DNA of 25,508 nucleotides from an uncultured Gemmatimonadota bacterium (GTDB lineage Bacteria; SM23-81; DAOVCL01): assembly GCA_964626665.1 (NCBI GenBank), contig CAZVGK010000037.1, positions 1 to 25,508 of the forward strand. Direction: 5' to 3'. Shown here piece by piece: positions 7,731 to 15,961 of the stretch. The notes under the pieces are model-generated. The model was not told the origin of the DNA, did no database searches, and saw nothing but the letters and a program-made list of their open reading frames with translations. The position numbers were made by a program, and so were the translations under genes. The stretch's first letter is position 1. Every line of letters starts with the position of its first letter.

Positions 7731-9011
7731 TTACTCGGCGATTTTAAACCTCATTATCTTGTTCCCCATGGCGACCGCAAAATCATTTCCGCTATCGGAC
7801 ACGGTAAGTACATATCTATGAAGTTGGCCTGCTGTAAACTCATCTTGAAAGGACTTAGACCACACTTTATCTCCATCGAAGTCCATTATCAACACCTCCG
7901 GGTTGCCGACTTTTTTACCCCTCGTGAATATGTCTTTATCAAGAACTAACCCTATCAACTTTACCCCTTCTGCGATGTCCATAGAAAAAACCGATTTGGG
8001 AGGTTGGTAATAGTCAAGCAGGAGCCTTCCAGTCCTTGTCTCAATTAAACGCACCTTATCCCTTCCATTGATGGATTGGTTGTAATCCACACCTTCGAGT
8101 AAGACATAACTTCCAGAAGAGGAAAAACGGATTTCACGGGTCAGAAACTTGTCCCATCTTCCTATAAGTTCACCCTTTTTACTGAAGAGGCGAGTTACAG
8201 ACTTTCTGAGTATGGTATACGGGTGATTGGATGTAATTATATATTCGCCATTGGGGGCAATGGCGACGCTTGAAGGCCAATCTTCATCTATAAGAGATCT
8301 CCACAGTTCTTTCCCCTTGGTGTTAAATAAAAACAGTTGCCCCTGAGGATTCTCAGTGTCATAACCAACATCTGGATCGAAATTTGTTGCATTAATTGCA
8401 ACATATTCACCATCAGCAGAAAAGTCTATTACCCCATAGGCATACATTCCAAGCTCCTCACGCACAGAACACTTGGCTATCTCTCTACCGGTTGTATCCA
8501 GAAATGTAATCTCTGACCCAGGCCGAACTGTCACGCCGTTATCTGAGGGATATATCGGTTGATCATACTCCTCAGAACCCTCCTTTTCAGTTTTAGTCCA
8601 AAGAACCTGACCTCTGTTATCCAAGAGTTCAATTCTGTGTATCCCAGGCCTCTCTTTTAAAATAGAGCTTTGTATTGTAGTATAAGCAACCACATAACTC
8701 AAATTCTTGGAAACCCTCGCCGAAGTATAAGATCGGGTAGCAAGGAGATTAAAGTCCTCATCATAAAACAAGAGTTTACCCGGCACAGTTCGCTTAAGTG
8801 CTAACCACTTTTCTGTCCGTATAATCCTCGACATTTCCGGGCTTCTTTCCTCTTCTAAGGGCAGATTTTCAATCTCATAACCTTTACCCAACTCAATCTC
8901 CTTGACCAGCTTATACTCAACCTGATTCCCTTTATTCTGAGCAATGGAGTAACTGACCAAAAACAAGCCAAAAGCCAGGGAAATTACGGCTAAAAAGGTA
9001 AACCTCTTCAT
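7731..9011 (-). CDS. Secreted beta-propeller-like (WD40/PQQ-type) hypothetical protein B
   Basis: Signal peptide MKRFTFLAVISLAFGLFLVSYSIAQ and RBS AAGGAGG. Repeated blade motifs FSADGEYVAI, FNTKGKELW, IAPNGEYII, FSSSGSYVL, DFDGDKVW. Confidence 0.8.
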   Translation of the reverse strand: MKRFTFLAVISLAFGLFLVSYSIAQNKGNQVEYKLVKEIELGKGYEIENLPLEEERSPEMSRIIRTEKWLALKRTVPGKLLFYDEDFNLLATRSYTSARVSKNLSYVVAYTTIQSSILKERPGIHRIELLDNRGQVLWTKTEKEGSEEYDQPIYPSDNGVTVRPGSEITFLDTTGREIAKCSVREELGMYAYGVIDFSADGEYVAINATNFDPDVGYDTENPQGQLFLFNTKGKELWRSLIDEDWPSSVAIAPNGEYIITSNHPYTILRKSVTRLFSKKGELIGRWDKFLTREIRFSSSGSYVLLEGVDYNQSINGRDKVRLIETRTGRLLLDYYQPPKSVFSMDIAEGVKLIGLVLDKDIFTRGKKVGNPEVLIMDFDGDKVWSKSFQDEFTAGQLHRYVLTVSDSGNDFAVAMGNKIMRFKIAE

Positions 9012-9134
9012 AACTACAACCTCCTTTCAAAATCTAAGGTTAATATTTGGGGACATCTCCTATACTTTTCAATCTGGGATAAAAAATCCCCTCAGCCCGA
9101 CATCATATCAGCCATCAGTCAGATTGAGGGTAGG
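9000..9134. repeat. Direct repeat Y (shared 5' leader), copy 1
   Basis: Core 9059-9103 is 41/45 identical to 11021-11065. The copies also share TCAGATTGAGG, GGGGACA, the RBS and the first codons (MKRF). Confidence 0.88.
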
Positions 9135-9204
9135 GAGACACATCTACCTGTGGGTAGACAGGTCTGGATATAGTTTTATGAGAAAGAGTGGGTGCGCGAC
9201 TCAC
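9115..9204 (-). other. Short ORF (29 aa) or truncated gene start behind a strong promoter and RBS
   Basis: AGGAGG (9212-9217), then GTG: MSRAPTLSHKTISRPVYPQVDVSPYPQSD*. The ORF runs into repeat Y. Confidence 0.4.
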
Positions 9205-9280
9205 TCTAAGACCTCCTTTTCTCTTCTTATTTATGCTTCAAGGGCGTCTTGGGATAGTGCGCCAATTCTGAAATTGATGG

Positions 9281-9316
9281 CGTTGCTATTATAAGCAACG
9301 ACGGAGAGTTTGTCAA
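9281..9316 (-). promoter_or_regulatory. Consensus sigma70 promoter with a palindromic operator over the -10 box
   Basis: TTGACA (9316-9311)-N17-TATAAT (9293-9288). A perfect inverted repeat CGTTGCT-N6-AGCAACG (9281-9300) brackets the -10 hexamer. Confidence 0.85.
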
Positions 9317-9379
9317 GTGGCTGATGACCCCATATGGTAACCACCCTGAATAGGTTCTCTCTCTTCTAGCCAGTCAGGC
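9316..9379. repeat. Direct repeat X, copy 2
   Basis: 58/64 identical to 7497-7560. Confidence 0.92.
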
Positions 9380-9461
9380 AGTTGGGGATTGAGGTCAGGC
9401 TGAAAAATAGAAATAACTACTACTGCGTAATTAGTATTTAGAGGTTTGACCCCAGCCCCTG

Positions 9462-9587
9462 TTATGTCATATCGTCGGAGGTTGAGGTACCGCTAATCGG
9501 CCAGACATTTGCAAAAACGGTTGACGAAGAAAACGCCATCAGAACAATGGCTATAATAAGCATTTTAGTCGCTTTTTGGGCCATCAT
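9462..9587 (-). pseudogene. 5' remnant of a secreted protein (signal peptide plus WPISG start)
   Basis: ATGA-coupled to the upstream gene's stop codon. MMAQKATKMLIIAIVLMAFSSSTVFA|NVWPISGTSTSDDMT* ends right before a GGGGTCAAAC...CTGACCTC element. Confidence 0.6.
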
Positions 9588-10978
9588 TGCTCACCCCCTT
9601 TTAAGACAGCAATTTGAAAACCGATGCAACTTTTCACGAATTTAGAGTCCCCCCATCTCTCAGAATCAGATTCATAGATACCAATAAATTTAGAATCACT
9701 CCGTCCAATAACTAAACCATTTACTAACCCCTTATCTAAGATCTTTAAATCCTCACTGAACCGCCAAACATATGTCCTGTTCCAGGGTGGTGAAAAATCG
9801 CCAAAACTTAATTCGCCTGATAGAATTACTCTGTTTTTTGTGCAAAAAAAGGAATATCTAGGGGAAAATTGATCTTGAAATGCGACCGTGTCAGAAACTA
9901 ATACAACTCCAGTTCTGGCATCCACTATGTGAAGACTATGATGCCTGTCTTCGAAAAGAGCAAAGTATTTACCATCCTGATAGGAGCAGGCATGTTCCCC
10001 CCGGTAAAGGTAACACCCTTCCCTTTCCCAGAGTTCAACTCCATCATCGGCAAAACAGCGCAAGATCTCTCCAGTTTCTCCTCCAGCTTGAACAAGCAGA
10101 CAATTATCTACCCTCTTAACTCGTGCCCATCCATTTACCCCTAAGTCAAGCTTCCACTTCAATCTACCATCAGGAAAGGAGAGAAAACACAACTGCCTCC
10201 TCTGGGGAGGTAAGGGTATATGCGGCGAAGGTCTACTATAACCCCGGGAAAGCTTTCTTTCAATACGGTCATACATCCTCTCTTTCTTGCGCCGCTCCTC
10301 TGGACTCAGTTGGCTCTTTGATAGTTCAGCCCTTCTTTCTGTAAGCCATTTCTTTGAATATTCCTGCAGTGCCTCTTTAGAGAACCTTTCTTTTGCAATC
10401 ACCGAAATTTCGTCCTTAGAAAGAAATCGGAAAGAGTCAAAATGCCATTTCTGCGGATCAAGTGGACTAAGATCCACCTTTGTCCCATCTTTCCTAAACA
10501 ATCCCGGAGTAAAGTGTTCGCCATCGGGCGAAACCTTAGAAAACATCCCCTCAAAGGAGCTCTTATATAAAAGCTTTCCTAACTGATTATAAATCTGTCT
10601 CTCAGTTGATTCATAATCACCACACCAATCAACCAAAAGGGTCTTGCCATTATCTGAAAGAGACGAATTTATATCCCAAATCGTCTTGAGACCTGTATTG
10701 CTTTCATTGGAAAGCTGCCACAAAAGCCTCCCATTGGGAGCAAAGAAATAAACATATCCCTTCCTGTTACCAGATGGCCCTTCCATTGTTGAGATAGCCA
10801 CATAACCACTATCCTTAGCAATAACAAAATTGGTCAGTATCCCTTGAAGAGTCTTCTGCCAAACTACGGACGCACCTGGGAACAACTGAGTTAACTTAGA
10901 TTCCCCCGCCTCTGAATTTGCCAATGGAGCTATGCTTACCAAAATGGCTACCATTAGAAACAAATAAAACCTCTTCAT
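9584..10978 (-). CDS. Secreted beta-propeller-like hypothetical protein A
   Basis: Signal peptide MKRFYLFLMVAILVSIAPLANS and RBS AGGAGG. Blade motifs FAPNGRLLW, LSDNGKTLLV, VSPDGEHF, FPDGRLKW, DDGVELW, YQDGKYFAL, plus a charged helical insert. Confidence 0.8.
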   Translation of the reverse strand: MKRFYLFLMVAILVSIAPLANSEAGESKLTQLFPGASVVWQKTLQGILTNFVIAKDSGYVAISTMEGPSGNRKGYVYFFAPNGRLLWQLSNESNTGLKTIWDINSSLSDNGKTLLVDWCGDYESTERQIYNQLGKLLYKSSFEGMFSKVSPDGEHFTPGLFRKDGTKVDLSPLDPQKWHFDSFRFLSKDEISVIAKERFSKEALQEYSKKWLTERRAELSKSQLSPEERRKKERMYDRIERKLSRGYSRPSPHIPLPPQRRQLCFLSFPDGRLKWKLDLGVNGWARVKRVDNCLLVQAGGETGEILRCFADDGVELWEREGCYLYRGEHACSYQDGKYFALFEDRHHSLHIVDARTGVVLVSDTVAFQDQFSPRYSFFCTKNRVILSGELSFGDFSPPWNRTYVWRFSEDLKILDKGLVNGLVIGRSDSKFIGIYESDSERWGDSKFVKSCIGFQIAVLKGGEQ

Positions 10979-11089
10979 CTTAGTCCTCCTTGTTTTGGTC
11001 TAAAAAATTGGGGGACACTTCCCATATTTTTCAATCTGGGATAAAAAATACCCTCAGCCCGATATATAATAATCTCAGATTGAGGTAGG
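10967..11089. repeat. Direct repeat Y (shared 5' leader), copy 2
   Basis: Matches 9000-9134. Confidence 0.88.
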
Positions 11090-11097
11090 AATAAAGG

Positions 11098-11148
11098 TGG
11101 GGACAACCCCCATATTTTAGTCAACAGAAATGTGGGGGTTGTCTCTAC
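11098..11148. repeat. Palindromic element GTGGGGACAACCCCCA...TGGGGGTTGTCTCTAC
   Basis: Imperfect inverted repeat with GGGGACA termini like those at 7602, 9049 and 11011. Confidence 0.6.
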
Positions 11149-11237
11149 ATTTTCGATGATTAAATCGTCGGCCTACTTGTAAAACCCAATGGTGAGTTCA
11201 CGGATATAAACCCCCTTCACAGGAGCAGTTGGCCTCT

Positions 11238-11525
11238 CTACAAAGCCTCCAAGAACTCCTTCCAGGGTGTGGCATGCAGGGTCTCCGTGGTTGCGTGGCC
11301 ATAGGCACGAATAATCATAGAGGCCTTCTCCACCTCCTTGGGGTCATCTGCCTCAACGATGTCCACCACATCAAACCGACCCATAGTAGCGTAGCTATCC
11401 TTCCATTCTACCCCAGGGCACTCGCTCTTGACCTTCTCTGAGACCTTCGCCGCCAACTTCTTGAAATCCTTGGGATCCCGAAAAGCCTCAGGAGAGATTT
11501 GACTCAAAATCACATAAATGGCCAT
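11238..11525 (-). CDS. GYD domain-containing protein
   Basis: 95 aa with 'SYATMGRFDVVDIVEA' and a C-terminal 'TETLHA', typical of the family. RBS AGGAGG lies 6 nt before ATG 11525. Confidence 0.85.
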   Translation of the reverse strand: MAIYVILSQISPEAFRDPKDFKKLAAKVSEKVKSECPGVEWKDSYATMGRFDVVDIVEADDPKEVEKASMIIRAYGHATTETLHATPWKEFLEAL

Positions 11526-11945
11526 CACTTACCTCCTTTTAAGCACTTAATCGCCTTCAGCAGGACTTTTCTGACTGGATGAACGGGATTTACATGATTT
11601 TTATCTAACCTGTCCATCCTGTCTAATAAAAAGGTGGAGTAGCATCTGTACCGCTTGTAGGATCAATTCTGCAAGGGATATCGGCTTTAACATAATGATA
11701 ACTGAGGAGAAGTCAACTCAAAATTCCTGTTGGTGCCAGGATGAGAAAAAGCTTGCCTCCTGGGAAGAAAGTTTGTATTTTGGGAGCGTAATCTCCGATG
11801 TCTACAAAATTTCGACTAGTCTGTGGCTCAACAGAGTTTAATGATTGGCCGAGTATCCATTTTCTTTTTAGAGGTAGCAGAAAAGGGGTTCTGCCACTTC
11901 AGGGTAGTTCCAAACACAGGAATCGGATGAGAAGAAGGGGCAACT

Positions 11946-12146
11946 ATGAGATTAAAGGTAGATCCCAAGAATGATGCCTTATATTTCCGACTTGATGAAT
12001 CAGCTATAGTGGATTCTGAGGAGATCAAACCCGGTGTTATCCTGGATTATGATGCCCACGATAATGTTGTCGGAATTGAAATACTCGGTCTCAGTAGACG
12101 CGTTTCACAGAAGGTGTTAAAGAGTCTACAATTTGAAACGACGTAG
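11946..12146 (+). CDS. DUF2283 family protein (putative antitoxin)
   Basis: MRLKVDPKNDALYFRLDE...SEEIKPGVILDYDAHDNVVGIEIL is the characteristic DUF2283 pattern. Confidence 0.88.
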   Translation: MRLKVDPKNDALYFRLDESAIVDSEEIKPGVILDYDAHDNVVGIEILGLSRRVSQKVLKSLQFETT

Positions 12147-12215
12147 TTCTACATTCCGGAATTTCTAAAAAATTTCGATTCGCCCGATCCTATAAGCGAG
12201 GGGAAGGGAAATCAA

Positions 12216-12395
12216 ATGCAAACTTTGAAAGAAGAAGCGATAAACGCAATATCTACATTGCCTGAAGGTGCAGGTATTGATGAAATAATGTATCGCCTTT
12301 ATGTTATTGAAAAAATCAGGAAGGGGAAAAGAGCTGTTAAGGACGGAAAGGCGGTACCGGTTGACGAACTAAAAAAAGAAATGAAATCATGGTAA
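12216..12395 (+). CDS. Small putative antitoxin (59 aa) of a RelE/ParE-type addiction module
   Basis: MQTLKEEAINAISTLPEGAGIDEIMYRLYVIEKIRKGKRAVKDGKAVPVDELKKEMKSW*. Not in the ORF track; overlaps the start of the toxin remnant. Confidence 0.8.
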   Translation: MQTLKEEAINAISTLPEGAGIDEIMYRLYVIEKIRKGKRAVKDGKAVPVDELKKEMKSW

Positions 12396-12525
12396 AATGG
12401 TCTATCCCAGCTAAGCAAGATTTGAAACTGATTCATAACTACATCGCTCAAGATCTAAGTTTTGTGCAAGGAAAATTGGTGGGGAAGTCACAAATATTCT
12501 TAAACACCGGAAATTGCCGAAATAA
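12389..12525 (+). pseudogene. RelE/ParE-family toxin, frameshifted and truncated
   Basis: MVKWSIPAKQDLKLIHNYIAQD is a typical ParE N-terminus. The expected continuation (S)KFCARKI appears in a shifted frame from about 12455 and stops at 12525. Confidence 0.8.
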
Positions 12526-12570
12526 TCCTGGATTTCGCAGGTCCGATGCAACAATGTTTCTTTGACCCTT

Positions 12571-12629
12571 GTAAGGGCTTGATTTATCAAGCCCCTACAA
12601 GGATCTGGTCGCATAAATGCGGCCACTAC
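12571..12629 (-). repeat. GTAG-type REP doublet
   Basis: Minus strand GTAG-TGGCCGCAT-TT-ATGCGACCA and GTAG-GGGCTTGAT-AA-ATCAAGCCC. Confidence 0.75.
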
Positions 12630-12718
12630 ATACTCTCTGGATCTCCACTTATCCAAGCACCTCCTGCAAAAATCGCGAGATTCGGGATAAAGATTTACCA
12701 ATACTTAAGGAGGAAACG

Positions 12719-13621
12719 ATGAAAAGAGTTCTGCCTTTATTGTTTGTGTTTCTACTCCTTTCCCCTATTCTATCCCAGGCCCATCCCAACTCGGGGACCT
12801 CTGGCCTGAGTTTCCTCAAGTTTGGGGTAGGGGCAAGGCCAGTGGCAATGGGAGGAGCGTTTGTGGGCCTCTCTGACGGGGTTAACTCCCTCTACTGGAA
12901 CCCCGGCGGCCTGATGGGGCTGAAAGGGTCGGCGGTTACCTTCATGCATAACCGCTGGTTTCAAGGTATAACTTATGAGTTCTTTGGGGCAGGGAGAAAT
13001 TTTGGCTCTCATAGCCTTGGGATAAGCCTTGCCCTGAACACGGTAGGGGATATCCTCTACTATGAGGATAGGCCAACGGCTAAGCCCTTAGGGACCTTCT
13101 CCGCCCACGATTTTTCCCTTGGGTTGACCTATGCCAGAACCATCCAAAAGAGGCTTGACCTGGGAATCACCTGTAGATGGGTCTATGAAAAGATCTATAC
13201 CAATACCGCCAAGGGATGGGCAGTTGACCTGGGAGGAATCTACAGCTTTACCAATTGGCTAACGTTTGGTGCTTCCCTCCAGAACCTGGACCCAAAACTC
13301 AAGTTTATCTCCCAACCATTCCCCCTTCCTACCACTCTCAGGGCAGGCATTGGTTATTCGCCACCTTGGCTTCCCCTCTCAGTCTTCACCCTTGATCTGG
13401 TTAAACCAAGGGATAACGGCCTTGCCCTCCATCTGGGTGCCGAATATACCCTGCTGGATGCACTCTTCCTCAGGGCAGGTCATCAGACGGGTTATGACGA
13501 GAAGAGCTTCTCCACCGGATTTGGCATTAAATACCGGAACTATGGAATAGACTACGCCTGGGTTCCCTACGGATCGGACCTGGGCAATACTCATCGGTTT
13601 TCCTTTAATTTTGGCTTTTAG
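12719..13621 (+). CDS. PorV/PorQ family outer-membrane beta-barrel (T9SS-associated)
   Basis: RBS AAGGAGG before ATG 12719 and a signal peptide. FLKFGVGARPVAMGGAFVG, LYWNPGGL, DYAWVPYGSDLGNTHRFS and a C-terminal Phe. Confidence 0.9.
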   Translation: MKRVLPLLFVFLLLSPILSQAHPNSGTSGLSFLKFGVGARPVAMGGAFVGLSDGVNSLYWNPGGLMGLKGSAVTFMHNRWFQGITYEFFGAGRNFGSHSLGISLALNTVGDILYYEDRPTAKPLGTFSAHDFSLGLTYARTIQKRLDLGITCRWVYEKIYTNTAKGWAVDLGGIYSFTNWLTFGASLQNLDPKLKFISQPFPLPTTLRAGIGYSPPWLPLSVFTLDLVKPRDNGLALHLGAEYTLLDALFLRAGHQTGYDEKSFSTGFGIKYRNYGIDYAWVPYGSDLGNTHRFSFNFGF

Positions 13622-13634
13622 GGAGGTCCCTCAG

Positions 13635-14756
13635 ATGACCAAGTATAGGATAGCATGGCTGCCTGGGGATGGGACTGGAAGGGATGTGATGGAGGCAGCC
13701 CGCTTAGTTCTTGATAAGATCGGTTTGGATGCGGAATATGTCCCTGGAGATGTGGGCTGGGAGTTTTGGAGAAGGGAAGGGAACCCACTCCCCGATCGCA
13801 CCATAAAGGTCTTGGAAAATACCGATTGTTGCCTCTTCGGGGCCATTACCTCCAAGCCAAAGGAGGAGGCAGCCCGGGAACTCTCCCCAGAGCTTCAGGG
13901 GAAGGGCCTGGCCTACTTCAGCCCCATAGTGAGAATAAGGCAGGAGTTCAACCTGAGGACCAATATGAGGCCGTGTAAAGCATTTGAGGGAAACCCCCTT
14001 AACTACAGGGATGACATTGACTTAGTCGTCTTCAGGGAGAACACCGAGGGCCTCTACAGCGGGGTAGAATTCCATCCAGTCCCCCAGGAATTGAAGGCCC
14101 TTCTTTTGGAGGAACACCCCAAGATGCTTAGGTTTAAGGATGTCCCAGAGGACGACCTGGCTATATCCTGCCGCATCTTCTCCCGGAAGGGTTGCCAAAA
14201 CATAGTAAGGGATGCCTTTGACTATTCCCGCAAATATGGGCGCAAATTGGTGACCGTGGTGGAGAAGCCGAATGTGATCCGGGAGACATCCGGTTTGATG
14301 GTCAGGGAAGCCAGGAAGATCGCCAGGGAATATCCAGATATTCAGCTCTGGGAAACTAATGTGGATGCTATGTGTATGTGGCTGCTGAAGAACCCTCAGG
14401 ACTACAGCGTCCTTGTCTCCTCAAATATGTTCGGCGACATAATCTCAGACCTGGCTGCCCAACTGGTGGGAGGCCTCGGCTTTGCCTCCAGTGCCAACAT
14501 AGGCGATAAGTATGCCCTCTTTGAGCCCACCCACGGATCGGCCCCTAAATATGCGGGGCAATACAAGGTCAACCCTATGGCTATGCTGCTAGCTGTGAAG
14601 CTGATGCTCAATTGGCTGGGGGAGACGGAGAAGGCCCAAAGGCTGGAAGACTCCATAGCTACGGTGATCAGGGAAGATAAGGTAAGGACATACGATATGG
14701 GGGGCAGCTCCTCCACTTTAGATGTAGCCCGGGAGGTAGCCGGGGAGATGGGGTAA
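13635..14756 (+). CDS. Isocitrate/isopropylmalate (beta-decarboxylating) dehydrogenase family, homoisocitrate dehydrogenase-like
   Basis: LPGDGTG, RENTEGLY, NMFGDIISDLAAQLVGGLG, FEPTHGSAPKYAG. RBS GGAGG before ATG 13635. Confidence 0.92.
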   Translation: MTKYRIAWLPGDGTGRDVMEAARLVLDKIGLDAEYVPGDVGWEFWRREGNPLPDRTIKVLENTDCCLFGAITSKPKEEAARELSPELQGKGLAYFSPIVRIRQEFNLRTNMRPCKAFEGNPLNYRDDIDLVVFRENTEGLYSGVEFHPVPQELKALLLEEHPKMLRFKDVPEDDLAISCRIFSRKGCQNIVRDAFDYSRKYGRKLVTVVEKPNVIRETSGLMVREARKIAREYPDIQLWETNVDAMCMWLLKNPQDYSVLVSSNMFGDIISDLAAQLVGGLGFASSANIGDKYALFEPTHGSAPKYAGQYKVNPMAMLLAVKLMLNWLGETEKAQRLEDSIATVIREDKVRTYDMGGSSSTLDVAREVAGEMG

Positions 14757-14817
14757 ATGGGAATAGCCACCTTCGTAAGGCAAGATCTTAAAGTTATGTC
14801 AAGTTTTCAAGGCGGCC

Positions 14818-14922
14818 ATTAAAAATTGCAGATTGAAAAATACAAAATAAAAGATAGAACATTGCCTTAACAGGCGTGAAAGCGTTTTGACTTTTACACT
14901 TGGCATTCTTCATTTTACATTT
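14818..14922. repeat. Inverted arrays of degenerate heptamers (AAAATTG/CAGATTG...TTTTACA/TTCTTCA)
   Basis: 7-nt periodic A-rich arm followed by a complementary T-rich arm, between convergent genes. Confidence 0.5.
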
Positions 14923-14953
14923 GAAGCTTTGCTATATAATTACCCAAGATTAT

Positions 14954-15072
14954 GCATTAAACACCGAAAATCACTGAAAAATAACAAAACCGCCAAAAAA
15001 TTTTCATCAAAAAATGGATCCCTCTTTCTATAATTTCCTGATATTCCGGTAGTTTCGGTGTCATTCAGTGTT
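14954..15072. mobile_element. MITE-like element with TIRs AACACCGAAAATCAC...GTGTCATTCRGTGTT, copy 1
   Basis: Second copy of nearly equal length at 16488-16604, with conserved ends and a diverged interior. Confidence 0.65.
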
Positions 15073-15106
15073 CTCACACATTATTTGAGATGAAACCTCC
15101 AATTTG

Positions 15107-15961
15107 CTACTTGCTCCCGCGAGAGAGGATGCGGAAGAGTTTTTTAGCCAGATGGGTATCTATCGCCTGGAGGGAGAGATACTCCTGCATAGCTCTCTCC
15201 CTGAGGCCGAGCATAAGAAAGGTTAAAGCTAAACTGTAGTGAGCATCTCCGTTCAGGGGAGCAGTCCTTAACGCCTCCTCAAACTCCTGGCTCGCCTCCT
15301 GGTAGAGCCTTCGATTAAAAAGGGAGAATCCCTTCCTCAAATGGGGGTTCTTACCCTTCACCCCTCTACCCTTAAACCTGAGATAGAGATAACCAACCGC
15401 GGCGCCTCCCAAATGGGCAAAGTGGCCAATCCCATCAGGGGTGTGGGCCCAACTGGCCATAATCTCCAGACCTAAGAGGATAACCAGTAGATATTTCACC
15501 TTTATGGGGAAAAGGAAGTATACTAAGAAAACTCGATCCGGGAACCGCAGCGCATAGGCTACCAAAAGGCCAAAGATAGCCCCAGAGGCCCCAATAGTGG
15601 GATAAGGTGTGTGATAGGAGAAGAGGCAGGTGACCAACCCAGCCCCAATGCCGGTGAGGGAATAATAGCGAAGAAATTCCCTTTCCCCCATACCTCTCTC
15701 CAGATCAGGCCCCAAAATCCAGAGGGCCCACATATTAAACAGCAGGTGCCACAAGCCCCCGTGGAGAAACATATAGGTGACCAGTTGATATACCATCCCC
15801 CTACCCAGGGCAAGGGAGGGGATAAGGCCAAAAGCCCTGAAGATGGTTTGAAAACCGAAGAGAAAGGAGAGGAAGAAGAGAAAGAGATTTGCACCTATCA
15901 GGTATTTGACCAGCGGGGTCATTCTCAGGGAGATCGTGGACCTATATCTCAGTCCATCCAA
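15107..15961 (-). CDS. Rhomboid family intramembrane serine protease with C-terminal TPR
   Basis: YMFLHGGLWHLLFNM, catalytic GASG, AHLGG. C-terminal TPR 'A..EFEEALR..P....AHYSLA'. TTG start after AAGGAG. Confidence 0.93.
   Translation of the reverse strand: MDGLRYRSTISLRMTPLVKYLIGANLFLFFLSFLFGFQTIFRAFGLIPSLALGRGMVYQLVTYMFLHGGLWHLLFNMWALWILGPDLERGMGEREFLRYYSLTGIGAGLVTCLFSYHTPYPTIGASGAIFGLLVAYALRFPDRVFLVYFLFPIKVKYLLVILLGLEIMASWAHTPDGIGHFAHLGGAAVGYLYLRFKGRGVKGKNPHLRKGFSLFNRRLYQEASQEFEEALRTAPLNGDAHYSLALTFLMLGLRERAMQEYLSLQAIDTHLAKKLFRILSRGSK

Noticed and set aside
9276-9335. Fluoride riboswitch or hammerhead (GCTGATGAC / CTGATGA)
   Set aside because: The pseudoknot partner and the GAAA core are missing, and the motif is part of repeat X.
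7127-12629. Integron cassette array
   Set aside because: No integrase and no convincing RYYYAAC...GTTRRRY attC sites at gene ends; the genes have their own promoters and mixed orientation.
12617-12718. Extended 5' ends in the ORF track (12617 porV, 13611, 18949, 21832)
   Set aside because: Downstream ATGs have clear RBSs or coupling and match the family N-termini.
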